From the NCBI RefSeq assembly GCF_006345805.1, contig NC_043019.1, positions 23,745,360 to 23,809,359 on the forward strand: DNA of 64,000 nucleotides, read 5' to 3'. A program made the translations under genes and the position numbers. Source of the DNA: Octopus sinensis (taxonomy: Eukaryota). Shown here one piece after another: positions 14,732-26,960 of this stretch. Within the stretch, counting starts at the first letter, position 1; each line of letters begins with the position of its first letter. Below the pieces are notes generated by a model. That model worked only from the letters and a program-made list of their open reading frames with translations. It made no database searches and was not told the origin of the DNA.

Positions 14732-15000
14732 TCTCTATATAAAGCTGAAGTTGTCTGTGTATGGTAGGTTTGGTAGCCTTCAACTAACACTATCTCCTCT
14801 GAGACCCTGCGGCGCAAGTTGACCAAAATTGAGAGTATGATAGAAGAAGGCTTGCTCTTCCTTCCGTAGAAGAAACAATTCAAATCGAACCATGTTAACA
14901 CCAAAAATTATTTACATCAAAAAGGTAGTTTTTTTCTATGAAATCCATATTTTTTTACGATTTTTTGATATATTAGTATTGGCATTGATACATAAAATTT
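14732..15000 (+). mobile_element. Helitron-like 5' end (second family)
   Basis: A|TCTCTATATAAAGCTGAAGTTGTCTGTGT emerging from a (TA)n run. Confidence 0.45.
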
Positions 15001-15180
15001 ATGTAGATATTCGGACACTCTGATGCAGGACCAACTACACACACACATACAAGGCCAAAATATTCGCTGAGGCTTTGGGTTATGGACATAATACAGATGA
15101 TTCCACACACTTTCAACGAAGCACTTTTAATATTAAAAGTTTTAATATTAAATATTAATATCAAAATATTAAAAGAAATA

Positions 15181-15578
15181 GTCGAAGGAGCGGCTGTGTG
15201 GTTAGTAGCTTGGTTCCGGGTTCAGTCCCACTGCGTGGCACCTTGGGCAAGTGTCTTCTACTATAGCCTCGGGCTGACCAAAGCCTTGTGAGTGGATTTG
15301 GTAAACAGAAACTGAAAGAAGCCCGTCGTATATATGTATATATATCTATATATATGTGTGTGTATGAGTTTGTATGTCTGTGTTTGTCCCCCCAACATCG
15401 CTTGACAGCCGATGCTGGTGTGTTTATGTCCTCGTCACTTAGCGGTTCGGCAAAGAGACCGATAGAATAAGTACTGGGCTTACAAAGAATAAGTTCTGGG
15501 GTCGAGTTGCTCGATTAAAGGCGGTGCTCCAGCATGGCCGCAGTCAAATGACTGAAACAAGTAAAAGAGTAAAAGAGA
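15181..15578 (+). mobile_element. Family-B SINE
   Basis: GGCTGTGTGG..GGTTCAGTCCC head and the tail GGCGGTGCTCCAGCATGGCCGCAGTCAAATGACTGAAACAAGTAAAAGAG. Confidence 0.92.
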
Positions 15579-16042
15579 GTATACTGATGCAATCGCAGTA
15601 TATCCAGCCACTCACCCCCTCAATGCTAAGTCAGTATTGTTACCATAAGCACTAACAGTGCTCCAATTCCATATTCTTATCGTCTACTTCCTTCATTATA
15701 ATGGCGTCAAAAACATGATAGCTTTCTCACACCATGATATATGTGTGTATCGGATTGGAAAGTCCATTAGCAGGCTTTTCTGCCAGTTGTTCTGATGGCA
15801 TTGAGCGATCACCTGAAATACCTAACTACTTAAAACTTACGCAAAATGTGTGCATGTTTTTTAAATTTTATTTATACGAATGAAGGTATATTAAATAACA
15901 TACAGTATAAACTGTTGAAATATTCAAACTATCTCCGCTTCAAGGGAGTCTGGACCAACTCAAAAAGGAAAGAGAAGGTAATCTCAAGAACTAAGAATTC
16001 TTCAAAATTGACACGAAGAAAAGTTAATCTAATTGTCTGAAG

Positions 16043-16118
16043 ACTGGGGACAGCTGTGGAGACGTGTTTCTGCCTCGATAGGCGTCATCAGCACAGTAAT
16101 TGTGCTACCATGTCTCCA
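16043..16118 (-). ncRNA. Hammerhead ribozyme-like motif (probably retroelement-derived, partly decayed)
   Basis: Minus strand reads UGGAGACAUG-GUA-GCACA-AUUAC-UGUG-CUGAUGA-CGCC-UAUCGA-GGCA-GAAAC-ACGUCUCCA-CAGCU-GUC-CCCAGU. It has the complete CUGAUGA...GAAA core, a GCC/GGC stem II, and candidate NUH sites (GUC at 16051-16049 or GUA at 16108-16106). Confidence 0.6.
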
Positions 16119-16512
16119 GGAAACGAAACATATTTGGTCGATGTGTACAACTGATTGAACGAAACCGAGGTTCGGAAATTCAATCTTTATTTACCTTACA
16201 CAAAAATAAACATATATCAAACTTAGAGTATGTTTACACAGGAATAAACATATATCAAACTCTACAGCACTTTTATGTTTTTATACTACTCCTTGCTTCG
16301 CCTATATTAATTTCGAATGATATAAATTAATTTTGCTAGCTTAATTTCACGTCACTCAATACAGAAGTGAAAGCATGAGCGTAAACAGACTGACATAATT
16401 AGGAGTGCATCACACAAAAATACCTTGCCATATTTACACCTGGTTCCATTCTCTATTTAATTTCCCTCCCAGGTCTGCTTTGCTTTTAATGCTTCTGGAT
16501 TGATAAAATACA

Positions 16513-16745
16513 TATTTCTTTATTATCCACAAGGGGCTAAACACAGAGGGGACAAACCGGAACAGACATAGGTATTAAGCCGATTACATCGACCCCAGTG
16601 CGTAACTTGTACTTAATTTATCGACCCCGAAAGGATGAAAGGCAAAGGCGACCTCGGCGGAATTTGAACTCACAACGTAACGGCAGACGAAATACGGCTA
16701 AGCATTTCGCCCGACGTGCTAACGTCTCTGCCAGCTCGCCGCCAT
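16513..16745 (-). mobile_element. Family-A SINE, full length
   Basis: Complete head, core and tail. 14-bp TSD ATTGATAAAATACA at 16499-16512 and 16746-16759. Confidence 0.92.
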
Positions 16746-16840
16746 ATTGATAAAATACAATTCCCACCAAGTCCTTGGGTCAATATAATGGCGGTTCTCC
16801 ACCTCTTCCAAATTTGTAGCCTTGTACCAATATTAGAAGC

Positions 16841-16892
<52 letters not shown>

Positions 16893-17742
16893 GACAGGCA
16901 GTGAAGGACATATTTGGAAGAGCGCCAGTCTCTTTTTAACTTCGTCCTTTTTATGACTTTGCTTTCATCCCCTGGGTAACGAGAAAATACTACCGTTACA
17001 TAATAGCAAATCGTATCAAAGGTTCGAAACTATATAGAACAACAATTATTTTCACTTCCAGTGGTCGCTCTCTAGTCTGTGACACGATTCTCCAAATAAA
17101 AAACAACTTTATTATTATCGGTGTAACAAAAAAAAAAGCAAAAAAAAAAAAAATAAAATTCAATTCCCTTAACTTATTACAAAAGTAACTCATTAGATTA
17201 CTGGTACCTATTTAATATAGGTTGAATGCTGAAGCCAACACTTTGAACATTTCAAAGCTAAAAGCGAAAGGCTTTCAAGATTTCAAGCTGTGCAGCAAAG
17301 ACATTTTACGAGTTAGTGGCGAAGTCTTTAAAGAATTTAGGGTACATGATAGAATCTGTTTGAAGGATATGCTCGAATTTTAGAAAACTAAGGCGAAATG
17401 AGAATGGCTGAAATATTCTTAATACTTAATTTCCTCTCAGAAAGAGAAAAATGTCGGAAAATTCGTTCCAATTTCCTAACTTTTTTTGTTTTCCAGAAAT
17501 GAATTTATTATAGAAGTAATATTATTTAAGTGGTTTGGGGATTTTAATATTTTAGCGTTTAGTGTTTTTATTTTCATTATATTTCGATTTGCATAATTTC
17601 CGATAACCGTAATGTGGCATATATATATTTTTTTAGAACACGACATGTATTGATTTCTTTGAATTAGGTTTTAATCGTTTTATCAATAACACCACAATGT
17701 TTGTGCTGGGCTTGAAATAATAAGAAGCTTTACTGGTTCAAA

Positions 17743-17782
<40 letters not shown>

Positions 17783-17896
17783 CAGACACACACATAAAAA
17801 ATACAACCAATAAAAGGTAGTTTTCGCACGATGGATTGAAATTAGTTCTAAAACTCTGTCAAGAACTTTGCAGTGTCTACTACAGCAACAATAATC

Positions 17897-18129
17897 TATT
17901 TCTTTACTACCCACAAGGGGCTAAACACAGAGAGGACAAACAAGGACAGACAAATGGATTAAGTCGATTATATCGACCCCAGTGCATAACTGGTACTTGT
18001 TTAACCGACCGCGAAAGGATGAAAGGCAAAGTCGACCTCGGCGGAATTTGAACTCAGAACGTAACGGCAGACGAAATACGGCTACGCATTTCGCCCGGCG
18101 TGCTAACGTTTCTGCCAGCTCGCCGCCTT
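17897..18129 (-). mobile_element. Family-A SINE, full length
   Basis: Near-identical to the 16513 and 63328 copies. Confidence 0.92.
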
Positions 18130-18505
18130 CTGCCAGCTCCATCCTTTATTACATTGGTTCGAGACTACACGCGCTTAGGGTAGAGAATTATGGATTGAAT
18201 ACTTCTCGTATATGACTGGTATTTATTTTATTGAGCTAGAGATGGAGAAAATCACAGTCGACATCATTCAATTATGAACTAAGAACATAAAGAAGTAATG
18301 GCTAAATAATTACTACTATTATTATTAGTGCAGCTTCAGAACCGCTGGAGCTTCTTCATAGATTGAATTATATTCCATGTTCTGAGTTGAACAACGTTGA
18401 TTTTACCTTTTAGCCTTTAGTGTTAGATAAACTCAATACCAGTTGATATAATCCACTAACCCTGTATTACAAAGTTCTGGCCTTTGATATAATGATATTT
18501 ATTTG

Positions 18506-18720
18506 AGATGGCGGAATCGTTAGAGCGTCATAAAAAAGAAATCCTCACTCAGTTATGAATGACTCGTTACGTTGTGAGTGCGAATCCCCACCGAAGCCAG
18601 CTTTGTCTTTCATCCTTTTTCAGATTCATAAAATAAGGCAGCAGTCAAGTACTAGATCGATGGTATCGATTAAGCTACTCCCTCAAGTTTCAAACCTTGT
18701 GCACATAGTACGAAATTATT
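18506..18720 (+). mobile_element. Old, diverged family-A-like SINE
   Basis: GGCGGAATCGTTAGAGC head and CTTTGTCTTTCATCCTTT core, both degenerate. Confidence 0.55.
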
Positions 18721-19211
18721 GTTCTGTATCAGGCAACAGAGAAGCGAAGACCATAATTAAAAAAAAATATTTTGTCTTAAACAAGTTCATTATTAATAGT
18801 GTCCACAGATAAAAAATAATCTTATGATTATATTTTATCTGTGAAAATTTTGTTTTTCTCGCAAATATGTCAGTGAAATACATACGTACTTATAATTTAT
18901 AATAATAAGCAGCAGGAAGAAATATTTTAAATATGTTTAATTATAGGTTTACTGTAGCATACAAGGTTTCTTCCTAGGAAATATTCACAAATATTCAGAA
19001 TTAGTTTCATAAAATAACACATAGCATGTGAATGTTATAAAAGTAGCAGAATCGCAACTGAGATTGCTTCAGTTGCTTTCAACAGTTCAGGAAACTTTTT
19101 CCTGCTTCTGTACATAAATATTAAAACCCACAAACATAAACACCGCACACACACACTAACTCGCGTTTGTATGTGTGCGCGTGTACAGTATAGTTGTGCG
19201 TGTCTACGTAA

Positions 19212-19264
<53 letters not shown>

Positions 19265-19392
19265 TGTGTGTATGTATGTATATATATATATATATATACA
19301 TACACACACGCACACACACACAAAATTTATTTACCAGGCCTACATAAACAGGCGCGCGCACACACGTGTGTGTTTGTACAAATTTATACACA

Positions 19393-20533
19393 TAAGGTGC
19401 ATTCATGAAGTTTTTCAGACTTTCAGCAGGGACATTTATTAATTTCAAAGATTTGCAAAACTCTAATCTCCTTCAAAGTAGGATCATCTGACTTTAATGC
19501 ACTTGTAGCGCTCCAGCCATTTTGTGAAGCCCCCCCCCCCCGAGAAGTCCTCCAAAGTGAAGGTGTCCAGGATCCTTTGTCACAGTCTCCTTCTCAATGT
19601 CTTCAAAACGACTTCCCTGACTTCTTCAAGTTTCAGGAGTAAAGTCACCAGCCTCAAGGTCCGGACCGTAGAGAAGTTGAGGGACAGATTTGATGACCAT
19701 TTCTGTCAAGTAGTTGGTTATCAGGATTCGCGTTACTGTGTACACTGGGAACAAACTTTGTACAAGTTTTGCCCATATTCAAATCAGCATCAACAGTTCT
19801 GTGTACAGCTGTTGCAGCAACTCCGAACTGTATGCTTATGACCTTTATATATTTCTTTATTGCCCACAAGGGGCTAAACACAGAGGAGACAAACAAGAAC
19901 AGACAAAGCGATTAAGTCGATTCCATCGACCCCAGTGCATAACTGGTACTTAATTTATCGACCCCGAAAGGATGAAAGGCAAAGTCAACCTCGGCGGAAT
20001 TTGAACTCCGTACGTAACGGCAAACGAAATACGGCTACGCATTTCGCCCGGCGTGCTTCTGTTTCTGCCAGCTCGCCGCTTATAACCTTTATAGATACAC
20101 GACGGCCTTCATCCAGTAAACTGCAATTTTTTTTCAACCAGCTCTTATGTTCTGACGTTCCTCTCCCTCATACACTTCTCATCATCTCTCACTTCCTCTC
20201 TTCCATCCGCGAACCTCATATGCTAGCGAAAACGTTAACCCAAAAGCAATCTGGAGCATTTCATAAGTTTCTTTACTATATTTTCCATTTTCATACAAAG
20301 CTTTATTGCATAGCGCGCTTCCTCCAAACGTCCCGACTGCATTCTGCAAATTAATCAGCTGTGACTAGTTTGGATGTATTCAAAATGCTGTTACAGATGT
20401 CTCCTTCAATCTGGAATAACAAATGTTGTGAGGTTAGTTTATTAGATGTATTGATATACTAAAATTTAGAACAACTAGGACTGTCATAACTGCCTCACCT
20501 AAATAAGTCTCAAAACTTCTTATGAGTACGAAT
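19393..20533 (-). mobile_element. Decayed, internally deleted mariner element interrupted by a SINE
   Basis: N-terminus MQSGRLEEARYAIKLC..KETYEMLQIAFG (ATG 20342), HTH/linker SIQFGVAATAVHRTVDADLNMGKTCTKFVPSV, C-terminus YGPDLEAGDF...KWLERYKCI..SYFEGD*. Degenerate TIRs lie at about 19393-19425 and 20503-20533. Confidence 0.85.
19850..20080 (-). mobile_element. Family-A SINE inserted in the mariner element
   Basis: Full length. 15-bp TSD CTTAT(G/A)ACCTTTATA at 19835-19849 and 20079-20093. Confidence 0.92.
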
Positions 20534-20588
20534 ACATTACCAACATATATACACACATACACACAAACATATATATATATATACACGT

Positions 20589-20950
20589 GGAGGTGCATTG
20601 GCCCAGTGGTTAGGGCAGCGGACTCGCGGTTGTAGGATCGCAGTTTCAATTCCCTCGAGGCTGCGGCAGGGGGTGGAGGTGATCCCTGCTGTGCTCTTTC
20701 GCCACAACTTTCTCTCACCCTTTCTTCTGTGGGGTGGCGTCATTTGAAGGTGAGAATGTGTGTGTGTTTATATGTGCTGGTTTGTTTATGACATCGTAGC
20801 CAAGGGATTCAGCAAAAAAAAAAGCCCGATAGAGTAAGTACTTACTATAGAGTAAGTAATAAATAGTGGAGTCGATTAAATCCGTCAAGGTCTGCCCCAG
20901 TATGGCCACAGTCCAATGGCTGAAACAAGGTAAAGATAAAAACGATAAAA
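20589..20950 (+). mobile_element. tRNA-Arg-headed SINE sharing the family-B 3' tail
   Basis: Head TGGCCCAGTGGTTAGGGCAGCGGACTCGCGG (anticodon-like TCG) and tail GCCCCAGTATGGCCACAGTCCAATGGCTGAAACAAG. Confidence 0.75.
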
Positions 20951-21670
20951 GATATATTGATTAAGAAGCAGTCAAGTTAGTGGGGCGATATAATCGACTG
21001 GCACCCTCCTACCATTATTGCAGTCCCATATTGTATACGCTACACATCCAAATCGAACTGGTCTGGGGCCAGTTTCAGTAACATATCAGCATTTCTTTTG
21101 AGGAGTGATCGTTACACGCTCGCCCAAACCTTCTCCGATTCTAGATTCTAGGACGGTCTGGGCGGTTTCTGCAGATCCCCTTCCTGAATAATGTGTTCCA
21201 TTCAAAGAACGTGTGGTGTAGTGCGAGTGTGTGTGTGTGTGTGTGAGTGTGGGTGGGTGCGTGTGTGTGTGTGAGAGAGAAAATTAACTGTTTATCCATC
21301 AATCTTGATTCATAGTTTGAAAGAATCATAAACATACAACTAAACACGCACGCACACATGCACACATACACACACATGCACTGTGTGAACTGACCAAAAG
21401 TTACATAGAGGTATTGGTTCATAGTTCAATAGACTGACGTTCAGATAGATTGAGGACTGTATTTCGCTCTCCCTCACTATATGTATATATATATATTGTA
21501 GATTTTACAGCGACACCACCCCAATTATGACGGTATTGGTATCGCCTATTTTGGAGTAATGGCTGTAAAACATTAGTTATTTTTGGTGTACACGCGCACA
21601 CACGCTCGTGTGTGCATGAATATATATATATATATGTATATGTGTTTATATATATGCATATATATATGCA

Positions 21671-21764
<94 letters not shown>

Positions 21765-23796
21765 TGCATACACACATTGTTTCCTAAAAATGTATGAGTG
21801 AGGAACAACTACAACCTTAGACAAATAAATCACTTTGGGAAAAAACATAGAAAACTAAAACTAAACAAAAAAAAAAAAAAAAAAAAACAAAAAAGATTCT
21901 GCAAGGAAAATAAATACATCAAAGGAAAAAAAATAAAAGAGAATCTAACGTTTCGGGTTAAATTCTTTATCAAAGAAACTTAAAACAAACAAAAGGCGGG
22001 CAAATGCTGCATCATTTCGCTTTGCTTTTTATTTCGCCCATTTATTTTCATTGTAGACACCTGTTAATTCTTATTGTTTCGTTTATTTTTCAACACTTTT
22101 TCCACTACGTGTTTTACCTGTGTAGCTTTATATGTTGCTTATTTATTTTTCTTCTCATTATCCTTTCATCTCCCCCGTTTTACTTGTGTTTTTTTTAATT
22201 TATATATATAATGTATGTATCTATATATTTATTTATATATATAATGTATGTATCTACATATTTATTTATATATATATAATGCATGTATCTATATATATAA
22301 TATACGTATATGCGTCTGTGTGTGTTTTTGTGTTTGCATGTGTATTTTTGGCGCACAAAAACCTGCATTTGCTCATGACCGTAATTGGAGCTCGTATCCA
22401 TAAAATTCGGCTTCCTGCTTAAATTTATTGATATTAGTTGACCTAACAGTGTCAAAGATGACGCACACAACAGAAAAATAGATAGATAAATAGATAGATA
22501 GATAGATAGAGAGAGAGAGTATACGTGTGTGTGTAACTCGATATGGCAACACTTTTCACTAGGAACAGGACGAGGGATAGAACAGTAAAACACAGTGATT
22601 TCAGAATGTGGTGGATGCGGGGAGGAGTTATATACAAAAGAAAGTGATGCAAAGAATATGATGTTTCAGAGACATTCACAAATATTTTCGAACATATCAT
22701 ACTTGGATTTTCCAGTTTCGTTTATTGTTCTTGGAAAACTGGAGTTTAATCGAGTTTTTGCGACCCGACAATGACTTTCAGCTGTTTTGTAATCCTCAAT
22801 GAATAACCAAGTAGGGTCATGCGAGTTAAAAACACTTCAATTGGGTCAACCACCAGATAATACGATACTAATGTCGTTCATTCACCGCTTGATTTATAAT
22901 CATGTTTCTACAAATTTTATTTACTATGAATGCTATTTATTGAAGAATTTTATGACACAATTAAAAAACAAAAATATATTGACATCTGAACTTTGGTACT
23001 CTTTTAATTCATTGAAATGGAATTGATAACTTGAATATTTATAACTCCTTTGACATCGGCTGTTTGTAAACCGTCATTTCAACTGGTCACGAAAGCGGAA
23101 GCTTTCAGAATTACTTGAATTATATCAAATCATTGTTCAATTTCGTGTTTTTACTAATCTTATTACACAAAATCGCTAAAGATCTTATGCAATCACTCGC
23201 TCAGTTTTGTACAAATTTCATGAAAACCAATTATTGAATTATCTGTTATACCATCGCTTTTGCAGCAATCAAGTATATTCGCCAGTTAAACTAAAATGGC
23301 TTTTGAAAAGCAGTAGGTGGGATATTCAAAATTATGAAACCTCTTTGATTGATGATGTGGCGGATTATGTTGGGATTTTTTCGTAAAGCATCAAATATTT
23401 TGGTAGATGTCCGAAACTTCAGTTAAGTCCCGATGTTTTGTTCAGAATAGGAGTTGGATGGCTGAAGATATGGATCTTCCTTCAAAGCAGAAGTCGCAAA
23501 TATTTTGATATATTCTTAAACTCTGGTGCTTCTATCTATTATTGTCTATGTAATACTTCTTGCAGTCTTCGATTTCGAAATGATTGTAGATAGTAATAAG
23601 TTTTTTTTTTGTGGCGGTGGTGAAACGAGCCGTTGAATTTTTTAATATGTTCTCTGTATGGTAGGGTACATAAACGCTGTCTATAATTTTTCACTGTAGA
23701 CAACTGAAAATATTGCCTTGATGCAGTGAATATTGATTCATACGTGCTGGTCTTTACGTCAACATAAAGAAAAAAAAAATTATAAATTCAAATATT

Positions 23797-24030
23797 AACT
23801 GTAAAAGCAGAAAACGGATTTACTGTATAATAATGGCCAAATTGTGAAGAAATAGATATTGGCTAAATTGGAAATTCATTATCAGAGCGTGTGCGTATAC
23901 ATCAACAGCAAATTAGAGGCCCTAATATCAGAGAGATCCCTCTATGTGGTCATTGGTAAACATGCAGCAATACTTTTTTAACATTCCCGTTTTATATAGT
24001 TATAGAAATATCTTCAAAACTTTGTCAATA
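23797..24030 (+). pseudogene. Penelope-like element GIY-YIG endonuclease remnant
   Basis: With one frameshift and one stop it reads NCKSRKRIYCII/WPNCEEIDIG*IGNSLSERVRIHQQQIRGPNIREIPLCGH. This matches the PLE pattern C.S.N.IYCI.C..C...YIGQT...L..R...H.QQI. Confidence 0.75.
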
Positions 24031-24161
24031 CTGAATGTTACGTTTGATAATTCGAATTTTTCAATCTTAACCAAATGAAAATTTCTTTGCAACTAAATTT
24101 GCAATATTGACGCTGTATGTATCCTGTTCGCTACTTTATCAAAATTTCTTTCTTCTCCACC

Positions 24162-24164
<3 letters not shown>

Positions 24165-24232
<68 letters not shown>

Positions 24233-24425
24233 ACATATGTGGATATGTATATATGTGTGTGGATATGTATATATGTGTGTGTGTATATGTGTGTATGTAT
24301 GTGTGTGTATATATGTATGTGTATATATGCGTGTATGTATGTGTCTATGTATATATGTGTGTGTGTGTGTGCATGTATATGTGTCGGTGTGCAACCGTAT
24401 ATTCATGTATGTATGTATGTATGTA

Positions 24426-24460
<35 letters not shown>

Positions 24461-24482
24461 GTGTGTGTGTGTGTGTGTGTGT
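24165..24482. repeat. (TA)/(TG)/(TATG) array
   Basis: Seen directly. Confidence 0.95.
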
Positions 24483-25617
24483 CTATAATTATACTCACGA
24501 TTTACTGGAAACTGCGTAGTGGAATCGAACACGGAAATATGTCATTGCCACTTTGTTTATATTTACACTGACCAAAACACCCGTATGGTTATATCTCTGC
24601 GCGTTTCGTAAACCTGTGGTTTGACAAATAGTGATCGATAAAATGAGTACCAGGTCATTGTCTCTCTTTTAGCTTTCCCGGAAAGAAAACGCTTGAACAG
24701 CTTTTACTGTCACATGTGCCATAGCTGAGCCTTCAGCCTTGGACGTTGAATTTTAAGACCTTCCTCTCCACCCTGTCTACGGGACGCAGTTTTGGTATTG
24801 TTGGCCTTACAGGGTCATGAGAGCTTGTATATCCATAGTGACCCTATCCGACCATTTATTACAAAAAGTTAGTTGGTACTGGCCTCCTGACCATCTTATG
24901 ACCACGAACCAGATGTAGACCTCGTCACCGATGTCCCTAATAGTGACCTTTGCATTTCTATCGAACAAGTTTATGAGCAGCTGTGTCCCCAACATGTTGC
25001 ACCTGTACTTTTGCGCCTCCTATATTTTAAAGATGTCACATATGGTACTACACACACCCTCTCTCCTAATAGTGTTCACTTAAAGTATCTACCTGAGTGG
25101 TCTGTACATTTTTCTAGGATGGAAAATTTCTGTGGCCTCGGCAAGGAATATTACTGTCTTTCTCTTGTACGATCCTGCAACAGAACGTGGGAGGTGGCGC
25201 TTGTCATATGAAGAAAATATAGTGACGTTTTTTTCCTTCTTTCAGCAAAATGTTTCATATACAGAATTGTGAACAACAGCATTTTATTAGTGTTCCTCAC
25301 ACTTCTGTTTGATAAGCAACGTCCAAGCGCATCGCAATAGTTGTTGTCAAACATCTCTTAAGCTGTTTCGTTTTGTTGAAATATTATGGCTTATCCTTAC
25401 TTTTCCGTTTGTGTTTTCTTTAATATTTTTAAGTATTTTTGTTTTCTATTTTTGTTTTGCTGTTCAATTAGATTTTATTTGGCTCAAAAATGGCGTATAG
25501 TTCGGAGGTAACTTAAAAGGGGAAATATAATATAAAAAAAGGCCCCGAAGCTTCGTACAAAACTGTTTATTCAGTTGTAGTACCTGTATGAAATAATATC
25601 TAAATATAACTTATTCC

Positions 25618-26029
25618 GGATCTTTTCGGTTTGAACGGCAGTTTTTTCTAGTGGTGTCATATGAAATTGTCACCCATAATTATGACCATAGTATCGATCT
25701 ATTGCATTTCAATCTGTTTTAGGGTTAGGGGTGGGGTGAAGGGTATCTTTTTTTCTTCAGAAATGTAAATAAACCCAATCTGTTTCTTAAACGAGGGACA
25801 TATTCATACGGCACAGAATGTTTTCACCCCAATAGACGTCATTGATTGGTTGAAATTGCAGAAATTGAAGAAAAAACCCCAACAAATATCTTACAAACTA
25901 TAGAATTTTCTCAATAAAGCCAAGAGAAAAAGATGTTTTATAAACACAATCTACCAGTATACGAAGTTTAAAAGTGTTTAGTTACGTGGAAATTATTAAA
26001 AAAAACTGCCGGTCAAACCGAAAAGATCC
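25618..26029 (+). mobile_element. MITE with GGATCTTTTCGGTTTGA TIRs and 8-bp TSD (copy 1; Merlin/hAT-like by TSD length)
   Basis: TIRs of about 28 bp. Perfect TSD CTTATTCC at 25610-25617 and 26030-26037. Internal TTAGGGTTAGGG at 25719-25730. Strand is given relative to copy 2. Confidence 0.9.
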
Positions 26030-26425
26030 CTTATTCCTTCTGCTATAACTGGAAGACATTGATAATTCTTGGAGCAAAATCTTAAGTACGTCTGAACAAG
26101 TTCAGCAGAATAATTTATTATTTGCAAAAGAGGCGTCACCCGTAGGGGAGACTACAAGACAGGTTGCACGAAGTGTGTGTGGTGGCGGTGGTGGTGGAGA
26201 ATTACACAAAAAGTCGAATGAGGAAAAGTAACTGAAATAATGAAATTCTCCCTCTGTGTGTGAATAAATTTTGATAATTGAGCATAGAGTTAGTCACAGT
26301 TTCTGTTACAACAGTGAGATTGAGTGAATGTTTATAACACATAAGTGAGCAGGTACAGAAATATAATGAAAGATATGTTATCTGAGTTCAGATATCACTT
26401 GACTAGCAAAAGTTGTGGTAAACAT

Positions 26426-26426
26426 G

Positions 26427-26461
<35 letters not shown>

Positions 26462-26960
26462 TATATATTATATATATATATTATATGAATGAATATATAC
26501 ATATATATGTATATATATATATGAATGAATATACATATATATGTATATATATATATGAATGAATATATTATATATATATATATATGAATGAATATATATA
26601 TATATGTATATATATATATGAATGAATATATTATATATATATATATATGAATGAATATATATAATATATATTATATATATATGAATGAATATACTATATA
26701 TGTATATATATATATGAATGAATATATATTGTGTGTGTATATATATATATATATATTATATATATAAATAAATATGCTAATCTTAAAGGTATTTTTTGAT
26801 ATGCTGGCCATTGATAAAATTTTTTTCCCGAAAAAGTTTTATCCTATATTAGTTATATATATATGTGTGTGTGAATGAATATGTGTGTATATATAATATA
26901 TATATATATATATATGAATGAATATGTGTATATATATATGAATGAATATATATATGATTA
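26426..26960. repeat. (TA)n array with recurring ATGAATGAAT units (higher-order minisatellite)
   Basis: About 10 ATGAATGAATAT units spaced by TA runs. Confidence 0.9.

Noticed and set aside
17221-17380. 53-codon open stretch after an AG (LNAEANTLNISKLKAKGF...)
   Set aside because: The acceptor is weak, it is phase-incompatible with the upstream candidates, and no homologue is recognised.
20589-20660. Possible tRNA-Arg gene
   Set aside because: The acceptor and T stems are broken and the sequence continues into a SINE body and tail.
24660-25210. GC-richer segment with short ORFs, possibly an L1/Tx1 remnant
   Set aside because: No diagnostic motif was found in any frame.
25719-25743. Telomere or chromosome-fusion scar
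   Set aside because: Only 2-5 units, lying inside a MITE with TIRs and TSDs.
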